Notes under the pieces: model-generated
The model's input: the letters and a program-made list of their open reading frames with translations, nothing else
Database searches by the model: none
Told to the model about the DNA's origin: nothing
In this document: positions 40,501-52,500 of the stretch, piece by piece
Layout of the letters: the number at the start of each line of letters is the position of its first letter
How positions within the stretch are numbered: the stretch's first letter is position 1
Made by a program: the position numbers and the translations under genes
Assembly: GCA_037379345.1 (NCBI GenBank)
Contig: CM074514.1
Location: forward strand, 19,778,001 to 19,842,000
Source: Perna viridis
Lineage: Eukaryota
Length of the DNA stretch: 64,000 nt
Reading direction: 5' to 3'

Positions 40501-43500
40501 TAAATATAAAGGTTTTTGGAAGTGACATTTAGAAGTGTAATTTCTTAAGCATTTGTTCATAACCCAGATACAGTTACATTAAAAGCTATGAAATAATCAA
40601 ACATTGACAAGTCTGGATGAGTATCCATAACATATATTTAGAAAGAATTAAAAATTAAAAAGTCAAATTAAATACTTTAATACGAAATATATGTATCATT
40701 TTCTGCTATTTAGGAGTGATTTATACAATTTAAAATTATTTCTTTTAACAGGAAACAAGAGGAGATAGAGTAGTCTCCCCTTACAATATTGATCAGGCTC
40801 TGGATTCTAGGTAATGTTTAATGATAATACCTATATTCATGAACATATAATGATCTTTTCAAACATGGCAAATTATGTCTGTGTCTGTCTGTCAATAACT
40901 TTTTTGTTGAACAATAAATTGGGTATCATCAGTTAGATCTCTAAATCCAGCCTTTTCTTTTTGATCATGTTAAAACTTTCCTTAACGAAAGTCAAGCCTA
41001 TATTTGGCTCAGTAATAATATAAATATAATTTTCATGTCAAATGAGTAAGATACAGACATTTCTATTACATAGTGTTGTACTTGAAAATAAATACAAAGG
41101 AAAAATATAGAAAGCATTAGAAATATTTTGAACAATTGTTATCAGCTACATTTGTATTGCTACTAATTTTGAACTTGCAGAGATGCCATTGCTAAAGCTC
41201 TGTACAGTCGATTATTTACATGGCTGGTAGAGAGAATTAACTTAATCACATGTCGATCAGAGAGAGAGAAATCATCTTCACTGGCATTATTAGATATATT
41301 TGGATTTGAGGTATGTGTTATTTTATATATATATTTGGATCATAGGTAGCTGTTATTTGTTGAGATATTTTACTTTTTAGGAAGTTGTTATATATGCTGA
41401 GATTACCTTAATTTCATTGTCATTCACGATGATTTTTGAGTGATTTGAATTTGCTGATACAAATTTATCATATATTTTTTTCAATAAATAATTTCTATTG
41501 GAGGTCATCATCAAAGTTTTTTTGCAATGTATGTTCTTTAACTTGTAGCAGTAAGTTATCTATACAATTAAGTTTAATTCTGTCAACATTATATCAATTA
41601 CCATATGATGGTATATCAAACCATACTACAAACTTTACTAATATATCTGCAATTTGATTTGTATTTCTTCAGTATTGTGAAAGTAAAGTAATACATTGTA
41701 ATCGGTATTTTCTATTTCAGGATTTCCATACCAACAGTTTTGAGCAGCTTAACATTAACTATGCAAATGAGACAATGCAGTTCTTTTTTAATCAACACAT
41801 ATTTAGGATAGAACAGAATGAATATTCTAAAGAGAATATAGACTGGCGCCATATAGAATTCCAAGATAATCAACCAGTTATAGACTTACTAGCCAGTAAA
41901 CCAGCTGGTATATTGTGTATTTTGGACGATGAGTGTAGTTTCCCACAAGCTACAGACAATTCATTTTTAGAAAAGTGTCATTTTCATCATGCAAACAATC
42001 CGTTATATGATAAACCAAGGATGTCAGATCCTGAATTTTTTGTTCGTCACTACGCAGGAAAAATCAAATATAATGTAAGTCAAATGATTTGTTATCAGAT
42101 TTCACAAAATATTCTAGACTCTAAGATACTATGATGATACTTTTTGGTTGCAATTGAAATTCAACTTTTTGTTGGAAATTACAGTTTGTGGTTTAGCTGA
42201 TTCACCAAATCATGAAAATTCAATTCCTTAGGAGTGTTTATACTAAACAACTATATAATATCAATATAAGATTGGAAAATAAAAAAAAATACATAGGAGA
42301 AAAAGCATATTAAAAGACTATAATTATATTTCCATCATGGCTAGCGGAAATAAAGGGTATAAAGAGTAGAGGGTTTTTTTTTTTAATTTGTGGACATTTA
42401 AAATGTTTGTTAATGTGAAGTATACATTTAGGTTGACTAGACCTAGAACAGATGTATGGTAATTTGTTGACTCTTTTATTAACTATAGGCATTGACAATG
42501 TGGACTATTTCTATAACATTTCTATGCTATTGTTGACAATGTGGACTATTTCTATAACATTTATATGCTATTGTTGACAATGTGGACTATTTCTATAACA
42601 TTTCTATGCTATTGTTGACAATGTGGACTATTTCTATAACATTTATATGCTATTGTTGACAATGTGGACTATTTCTATAACATTTATATGCTATTGTTGA
42701 CAATGTGGACTATTTCTATAACATTTATATGCTATTGTTGACAATGTGGACTATTTCTATAACATTTATATGCTATTGTTGACAATGTGGACTATTTCTA
42801 TAACATTTCTATGCTATTGTTGACAATGTGGACTATTTCTATAACATTTATATGCTATTGTTGACAATGTGGACTATTTCTATAACATTTATATGCTATT
42901 GTTGACAGGTTCAGCAATTTTTAGATAAAAACAAAGATACACTGAGGAGTGATGTTGTAGAACTATTATGTGAGAGCAAAAATAGGGTAAGTATTAAGTA
43001 TAAACTGTGGGAAAATAAAGCAGTAACTTTTAAAATGCAGGAAAATTTTGAATAATTACCGGTATTTTAATGTGTAGATCCAAAGTCACTGATCAAAGTA
43101 AACCACAAATGAACAGAGTTATGTCCCTTCTTATGGGATGACATTAGGTTTCATCCATAATTATAGAACTTGATGAAATAGTAGAGGAACAAGATAGTGT
43201 TTCAACTTACTAAGCTATATGAACTCTGCTTATATTTTTGAAATAAAAAAAGAAATGTTTTGTTTACAGACTATAGCCCAGATGTTTAAGGAAATGAGAG
43301 ATCGATTTATAACTAAAACATTAAGTAAAACTACAGGAAGATATGTTACTGTAAAACCCAGAACACCTACAGTGGCAGCTGGCTTCACAGAATCTTTGTT
43401 GTCACTGATTGACAGTATGTCTAAGTAAGTGTGGACAAATTAGTTATCAAATTATGTCCTGTTTCTTAAAAATACATCTTGAGAAAAGAAACATGAATTC

Positions 43501-46500
43501 TTGAAAGTGTATGGACAATTTATGCATTCTTTATTTGCTTATGAATGATAATTGTAGTAAAGAAATGTTAAAGTATAAAAAGCCATGAAAAGTTCATTGA
43601 TGAACCACAAAAGGCAATGTCTTTACCAAGAAAGTATGTCATTTTTTTAGAGTTTAACATTTGTCTTATTCTGAATGTTTTTTCCAGTTTTTTTTCCATT
43701 GTTATGATGTAACTAGTATATTATCTGTTAACATTTCATTAATTGATTTTGTGAGAGAGAGAGAGAGAGAGAGAAACTATGATTTGACATAAAAAATGAG
43801 TTGATCAAGTGTTGATTATCTCACATTGTCATTTCTACATTTTAGGTGTAACCCATTTTTTGTGAGGTGTCTGAAGCCCAACAACCACAAAGCCCCAATG
43901 GTCTTTGAATCTACAGTAGTGTTAGATCAGCTGAGATACACTGGAATGTTGGAGACTATTAAAATTAGGAAGATGGGTTACCCAATTAGGGTCAGATTCC
44001 CTGCCTTCATTGATAGGTGAGACTAATACTTACTCCATCACCTTGCCCAATGAAAGTCAGATCCCCTGCCTTCATTGATAGATGAGAATATTACTTATTG
44101 TCCCCCACCTTGCCCAATTAGGGTCAGATTCCCTGCCTTCATTGGTAGGTGATTCCCCTGCCTTGCCCAGTCAGAGTCAGATTCTCTGCCTTCATTGGTA
44201 GGTGATTCCCCAGCCTTGCCCAGTCAGAGTCAGATTCTCTGCCATCATTGGTAGGTGATTCCCCTGCCTTGCCCAATCGGAGTCAGATTCCCTGCCTTCA
44301 TTGGTAGGTGATTTCCCAGCCTTGCCCAATCAGAGTCAGGTTCCCTGCCTTCATTGGTAGGTGATTCTCCAGCCTTGCCCAATCACAGTCAGATTCCCTG
44401 CCTGCATTGGTAGGTGATTCCCCAGCCTTGCCCAGTCAGAGTCAGATTCTCTGCCTTCATTGATAGATGGGACTATCAGAAGCCTGAATTAAGCAATATT
44501 TGTCCTTTGTTACAAAATGTTTTTTCATATTCTCTGTACTGTTATTGTTCTGAATTTGCAATTTTCAATGAAATACATCATTCATGTTGAAAGGAATTAC
44601 AGTCATTGCTAATGCTTCTAAGTCCCATTTCTCACAATAATAAAAATATAGCAATAAGTTTGGAATAAACACTAATCAAAATTGTTATCTTTGAATATGA
44701 TCGGGGATTTATCTTTGAATATGATCAGGGATTTGCTTTAGGGTTTTTTTTTTATAGTGGTGATGGATATAAAACAAGACACAATCCTCTATTAATTTGT
44801 ATTTTAAATGTCCATACTCAGAAGCCAGTCCCACCTGCACCACTTTATTTTGTACACTGTTTGCTTAGCACTTAGTACGTGTTTGCAGTAATTCAGCTTT
44901 TGATATTAATAGCAATCATACCAAAAACTTTTTCTTCTGATTTCTTAAACTGAGGTAGCTGTATTTATTTTTTTTTTTTGCCACAATTGACTATGACAAT
45001 GCATTCTTTCCAAATAAGAAAAAAAGGTGTAGTCATTGTTTATAGTCAAGTCATATACACTAATAATCAATGTGGAAAGGGTAAAGTTTAAAATGCACTG
45101 AATTATTTAGCAATCAAATCAATTAACTTCAGATCAGTTAGTAAAAAAAAAAAATAGGAAACTGTGTACTGCTAATATACTTTATTAATCTGAAGAATCA
45201 GATATAATTTTTTTTGTTTTGACAACAGGTATAGGTTCTTGTTACAAGGACAGAAGATAAGCACCCATCTTCTGCCTAATGATGTTTGTGCCACGATATT
45301 GAAGACACAGGGCACTGCTTTTATTGACCAGTACAGACTTGGGGCAACAAAGGTAACATTGTTTTGTTTCATATTGGATACTTTTTTTAAAAATATATGA
45401 AAAAATAAATGACCTTCCTTTCCTCTATCAGATCACCGATATATATAATTAACTACCAAGTGGTCAGATTGAATACTTTTGTAAACCAAAAATAAAAAAT
45501 TTATGAAGTAAATTTTTACTTTGAGTTTGTATCTCTGTTTTCTTTTTATTTGGTACACAAGGAAAAACATCAAAACAATGGGAGTAGAGTATGTTGATGT
45601 TAATGATTGCTTCATCGTCCATTGTAAACAGAATCGCTGTTGTTCTATTATTTCTACTGAACTTTGAAGCCAAAATAAATTCATAAATAATTGATGTTTT
45701 AGGTGTTCATGAAGGAAACTTTTGAACAGAGACTTGATGAAGTATGTGGAAAGATCAAGTTAGATTCTGTTTTGATACTACAAAAATCAATCAGGACTTT
45801 CCTGGCTAGAAGAACATTCTTACGTACACTAGAATCTACAAGGAAAATACAGGCGGCTCTGCTCAGGTGGAGGGAAAGGTAAAGTATTTAAGTGTTACAT
45901 TTTCTTTTTGTTTTTTTTTTTAATTTCCCTCAATATGGAGGCATAGTGAAAGGTGTCATGTAGATATGTATCTTCAGTTTTTGTCTGTCTGTTGTGAGAA
46001 CCTCGTCCTGATATAAAATAATTTTAACTCAATTATAAATGTATTTTTGTATAGTTCCTCTTCAGCCATATATTGGGGATACACATTAATAGAAATATTC
46101 TTGTCTGTCCATCTGTTTATCTATGTTCCTTGTATGTGCAACTCTTCCTAAATTGTTTGATGGATTTTGATGAAACTTAATATGTAGGCATTAAATGTTT
46201 TGTGTATGAAGCTAAATAATCATTGCCAGGTTCTCTGAAAGGGAGATAATCTAACTTAAGCAGGATTGTGTCATTAAGTGAGTTTTGAAACATTTGACTA
46301 GAATATTGAAAACAATATTTTTTCCAAATACACCATTTCGATAATCCCCCCAATTAATCTTGGGTAGTCAGTGGCTTTCAATAAACTAGGCTTCTTATTA
46401 ATGAACTAATTGGTACTACCTAATTTGAATGAATCCATGAACTAAGCCATATTCCATCACATTTAAACAAAATTCTGATTTTATAATTTTTAATTTGCAA

Positions 46501-49500
46501 ATGCATGTTAACTTTTTAAGTGAATACTGTGTTGTAATTAGCTGTTAAGGAGCTGATGAAATCTTTCATGATGAAAAATTTTCACTTAAAGTCTATGGTC
46601 GCTTAAATGGCTAATGAATTCATTTACATTAAAGTGCACACCATGCTTCAGTTATATAACTATATATTTGGGCAGAAAAAAAACGTTTAAAAGCATAACT
46701 GACATTCCAATGTTTAAAGCACCTGTTAAAAGATGATAATAAAAATATGGACAGATATTTTAAGTATACAATTTAATGTACTTGTTATTTTCATTTGTAC
46801 CCTGTAAACATTGGCTTCAAGGAAATAGATACATCTCTGTGATCTTGGCTTTCTTAATCCCCATCAGACATTCAGGTAATATCAAGCGTAAATGTCCATA
46901 TCAATATGTTTACTATGAATAAACTCTTTTTTTTACTTTAATTGATGGTCATACATTAACTGTGCCCATTCTTCCATAAATAGTTAACAAAATAAATTAC
47001 TGTCACAACAAGATATACATAGGAATTAGCCTGTTTGTCTGTTCATTTGTTTACTGTTCACATTTCTTGTAGTATGATTTCTCCTCAACTGCTCAAGGGA
47101 TTTTGATAAAATTTTGTTGGAAAGTTGGGCATTGCATATGCATGAAAACATATAATTACTGTTGAATGGCACTGAGTGGAGATGTTTCACTTGTTAAAGC
47201 ATTGTAAGGGCAACTCCATTTTAACCACTTTAGGGTTTTTTAATGAAATTATAAAGAAAGGGTTTGCATCATGATAAATGGACATGGAGGATTATAATTA
47301 CTGACAGAGGATTCCCAAAGGAAGACAATTCAACTGAAGGGATGGCACTCTTTACGAGCTTGCTCATAGTTTATCTAGTTTCAGCCGTTGTCAAAATTTC
47401 TCAGTAATAGACTTAGTGGATGATTGCATACTCTTCTTGAACAGACAGGCAAATTGCCTCTTCCTTTAATGAAATATAGATGTACATATTACACCACCAT
47501 GTTGCTGGAACAAGTTTTTGTAGTTTTGATCATAGGTAACTTCTAATCATGTTCATTTTGTTATTGGCATAGTAAAAATACAAAACCTTTTACCCATATC
47601 AAAACAAAAGATTTTTTTTTCTCAGAAAAATGTAATATAATAACTGTATTGAATTCAGAAAATTTGAGCTTATCAATTTTGACAACTAAAGCAAAATGTA
47701 TGATACCTCTAATCTGTAATTTATATCTCTGTCATTGTTTCTTTATGATATAAATCTACAAATCCATTGTTTTCTCTGTGAAAATGGAAGATAAATTTTT
47801 ATCCTTGTCAAGTTAAGAAGTTCTGACAATAAAGTTTTCAGTCTTTTTTCCCTTTAAATATGGTTTGATATTGGGATAAAACAGTTTAAACTTCAATCTT
47901 TCTTTCTGATTTTTTTTTCTGATTTGTTCACTTCATTAAGTTAATGGTATAACTTGTAAGTGCAAGACATTTAAACACAATAAAAATAAAATGCCAAGAT
48001 GCATCTAACAATAGTTATTAGCTTACAATTTATTACAGAATATATGTGATAAATGAAGCTCTGAATACTAATGTCAAGTGTTGCCTCGAACAAAGTTTTA
48101 GAAGTTAAATGGATCACCTCACAAAGCTTTTATAGAGAAAAATAATATCTCTTAAAAATTCGGCCAGTGCTCTTGGGCAGTGTTTACATTGTGTCAGTAC
48201 GGAGGAATCAGACTTGCTTTGAACTATTGGTAAATCTTAACTTGCTAGAAACACTGCCTGAGGTTAGAAAGTTTTCTGTTTAATTCAAAGTAATGGTGAA
48301 TGTTGCTAGAATCAATTCCTTAGGTTAGGATGTTTTTGTTAACTCCAAACCTCTGACTTCTTCATTTTTGTGATTACAGGAAGAGGTTCCTTGCAGTGAA
48401 AAATGGAATCGTTAAGTTCCAGGCTAAGTACCGCATGTATCGACAGCGTAGATACTATCGAAAGGTTAGTTCAATTTTTTTAAAAGATGTCTTTATCTCT
48501 GAGTATCATTATACGCCAACTCAATAAATGTGTTGTTTATCTGAATCACGTCTGTCTGCCTAAATTTTGACTCCCAATGGATGGATTGATAAAATATATG
48601 AAGCATGAGAATGAACGTGCATATGGCCATTGTTTAAGGAGTGAAAAACTGCACAAAATCTTGTGTTTTCCAGCCTTTTTAACAGATTTTCCAATTTCTA
48701 CCAAGTTTGAAGCGTATTTATGTTCAAATTAATATTATAAACCAATTAAATCAGCTATATAAACACATTAAAGAGTTGGAGAAACATCATAAAATTTTCT
48801 TCATGTTGACTGCTTTTTAGGCTAAATTTTGCCATTACCGAAACCAACTTCTTTGGTGTATGGCCTTATATTGGTAGATTTTGCTCGCTGTCAAAAATCA
48901 ATTTCCTGTATGAGTTGTGTACACTTAGCATGACAAAGCATGCAACTCCATGTCTATTTTCCCGGTAATTTATTCATTAATGGTAGAAGCTACATTTACC
49001 TCTTCAACATAATCAGAAGTATTAAACAATCCTTTGCTAGCCTTGTAATCAACAGTGTTTTATGTTTTTATTGTAAAAGTCATTTGCTTGTGTTTCTCTG
49101 TAAAGTTTCGGTCACAATTTTTGATGATAAAACTGTTACATCAGGCCAGTATAACTTCATTAAATTATTGCATCAGGCCAGTATAACTTCATTTTTCAGT
49201 TCCTGTTCCTTATTAACAATTGCTGCCTCAGATTTGTCATGGGTTGTATCATAGTGTACTACTGTCTGTTTGTCCAAACCTCTTGTGCTTATAAAAGGTT
49301 TATAATAACTTATACTATATGTCTGGTAGGAAGGACCTCCTTTGTTATTCTTTGTTAATTAATAGAAACCTTTTTTTATCTGATCCAGACTTGACTCATA
49401 GTTGTTCATATGTATGTTCAATTATTGTTAAGCCATACATAACTTGGAAGCTTGGGTAATATTTTCATTCCACAAGTTTCTCTCAAATATAACCCTGGGT

Positions 49501-52500
49501 CACTAGTGACGTTTTCTGTCTTTTGATTGGCTGAGCAAATTTAACATTATTTTATTTACTTTTATGCATTTTAATACATGTATTCAAATTTTAAGTAAAA
49601 TGAGTTTTAAATATTTTTTTCAAATTACTTATATTATCTTTTGATATAAATGCACAATTACAAAATTAATTAATTTAATATGATGATCCACATGTCAAAT
49701 TGTCTGTCTGTCTGTCCATCATACATATGATTTCAGGATGATAATGTAAGAACAATGGGTGCTCAACCAAATCTCTTTTTGAACTATGACGTAAGGTTGT
49801 GAACCATAACATACAGGTCAAATATGATTATGATGCATATTGTGTTTATCCTTTAAGAGTTATGGTCCTTTTCCATCTCAGAAGATGGAATGTTGGGTAT
49901 CTGTTTTCACATGTTCAGCTTACTCTACTTTTATAAAATTGCTTTTGCTCTTAATTTAAATCACAAAAAAATGAAATCCTCCACCCAATCTTCATGATGA
50001 ACCAGTAATCTTAAGCCTGTGAAAATGTTGTTGGGCCATTTACTGGTGGGCCAATAAATTTTCCATTCAAGACCAATAACATCTGTATGAAAAATTCTTC
50101 TAAATATTGTTTGGGCTTGTGGATCAAAAAGTTTACCATGAAGACTTCCATCCAGCAGCCCTTTGTTAAAGGAAAGATTTAATGGAAATCTACCAACTAC
50201 CTCAGATGACCAATTAAATTTTCAACAAATATATTTTATGGCTAAGGTCTGACAATGTTTTGTGTGGAAAACTATGATAGGTCATCATTTGCTTGTTGTT
50301 TTTGTTTTTGTCTTTGTTTTTTATGATGCATTTGATGTCCCCACATTTTATCACGTCACTGCATGATACTTTGTTATGCCTAAAGCCACACTACTTGATA
50401 AGGAACACTAGTTACATGTACCAATTGCGAAGTCTGTGCAGTTCTACATTCAACCCCTATAATGAATTAACTACTATAATATATATAACCTCTGTAATAA
50501 TTGAATTTCTCCCTTGAAATACTGTTTAACTTGAATTTATGGTGTTCATCTCATCAAGTCTATTACATTTTTTTCTTTAAGACAGGATAAATCATTCTAA
50601 CACCTTGAAATAGATATCACTAAACCTTGTAAAGTTGGTGTTGATGAGACCATTGGTCCAAGTTAATATATATCATATGTCTTGTTAAATGAACTTGTCT
50701 TTTCCACCCATTGGTGACCTGAGGCTAAAGACGTGGTTAGCAAGAGATATCAAATATTAATCATTTCATCAAAATATTATACACCCTAGCCTAACCATAT
50801 TATCTGGTTGCTATTCCTTCCATTTTAGTCAATAAAACTTTACCTAGAATTAAAAATAAGATTTATTATTTGTAAATCAAAATAGTAATTACTTTTTCAT
50901 TGATAGAAATGAGTGTAATCAATCACTCAGGTAATTTGTACTTGTTATGATATAATTGGCTGTCGATATTACATTGTATTTCTTTGATTGACAAATTGTT
51001 CCGCTTCATTAATTTCACATTGTTTTGTCTGGGTCCCTGTATGTTTTGAGGTGATGTGATGGATGGAGGTTCCAATCTATTGATGAATGACAATATTATC
51101 TCCCAAATACATATGTATCAATGCTGGACTCCTGAATAATTATATTTATGACATATTTTAATCTCTTTAGTGCCAAAATTTAAGAAATATCATATGATGT
51201 TAATGCAAACAGGCTTTGATTCATTGGATACTGAATATGCTTCTAGCGAAGCATCATCATGTGCTGCAGAAATCAGGTTTTATTTCTTACAGGAAATACG
51301 GGAGAAATTAGAAAGAGAAAGGAAAGAAAAAGAGAGAAGAGAGCAGGAACTAAGAAAGGAAAAAGAAGAAAAGGTAAAGTTAGATTTGTAATTCCTTGTA
51401 TAGAAGCCAGTTATACTACTATTGTGTCTTACATGTTGCTATCTTAGTCTTTCATAGTACAACCTTATCCATCTTTTTTCTTTTATGGAAATCTAAAAAC
51501 CCTTTAATTTTCCATCATAAATCAAAAAATCTGGATCTAATAACAGTTTTTTTGTTACAGGTATAACATGAATATGTATTTTCTTGTTAATGGCCTTGTT
51601 TAACACATTTAAGTATTAGAAAATCGGTCACATATACCTTACAGTAACACCTTACAAATGATTTATGTATAAACTTAGTCTCTTTGAAGTTACTTATAAC
51701 TACTATTGAGACAACAGTCCATCAGAGGACCACATTGCCTTGTCTCTACTGTCCATCAGAGGACCACATTGCCTTGTCTCTATTGTCCATCAAAGCATAA
51801 TTATGATAGGTTTACTGGGCCTTGCTTGTCAAAGTTTCTAGCCTGAACATAATAAGAAATCTTTGGTTAAGAAAGCAAATGTTACAAACATTGGAATGCT
51901 ACTGCAGTCATTTTTATGGCACTTAAAAGCTGATTTTTTTCATACATGTGTATGCTTTCCTTTGTACTATATCGTAGGTCTGTGTAGAAAGGGTAACTGT
52001 ATTTGTCTGTAACATTCAATATAACAAAAAATGTTTCATTATAAACAAAAGTTACAGGGCATATAGGAATCTGTCTGTCTGTCTGTCTTACCATCAGTCT
52101 ACATGACATGTAAATAAAGACATTATGTAAATGTACAAGAAGCAAAATAATGTCGGGGCACTCTAAGGGAAGATAATCCAGCTGAAGAGTTTTACATGTG
52201 AAAACTTTGTAAGCACGACTCCTCCCAAACAGCTCATCCATTTTGTTGTTTGTTTGTTAGCCTGTCACCAGTTCTAATCAGCAAGTCTTCTCAAGCCTCT
52301 GCATGGAATTTGATGAAACTTTCACACTGTTCGTATCACATTATGCCATTTTGCTCTTTTTTTGGGGGGATTTTTCCATCTGAATAACTTTTATGGGATT
52401 TCCTATATGGTTCCGAGGGAACAGGTGTATCACAGAGTGAGCATTGCTCACACTTTTCTAATCTGTTTTGTCTTTGGTTTTCCAATGCTAGGTTTTCAAA

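Noticed and set aside
46550-46582. ctgatga...gaaa as a hammerhead ribozyme core
   Set aside because: Stem II does not close canonically, and I found no stems I/III with a cleavage triplet
49986-50148. Possible MITE (caatcttcatgatgaac / gtttaccatgaagactt)
   Set aside because: Only ~13/17 TIR match and an imperfect TSD; too weak to call
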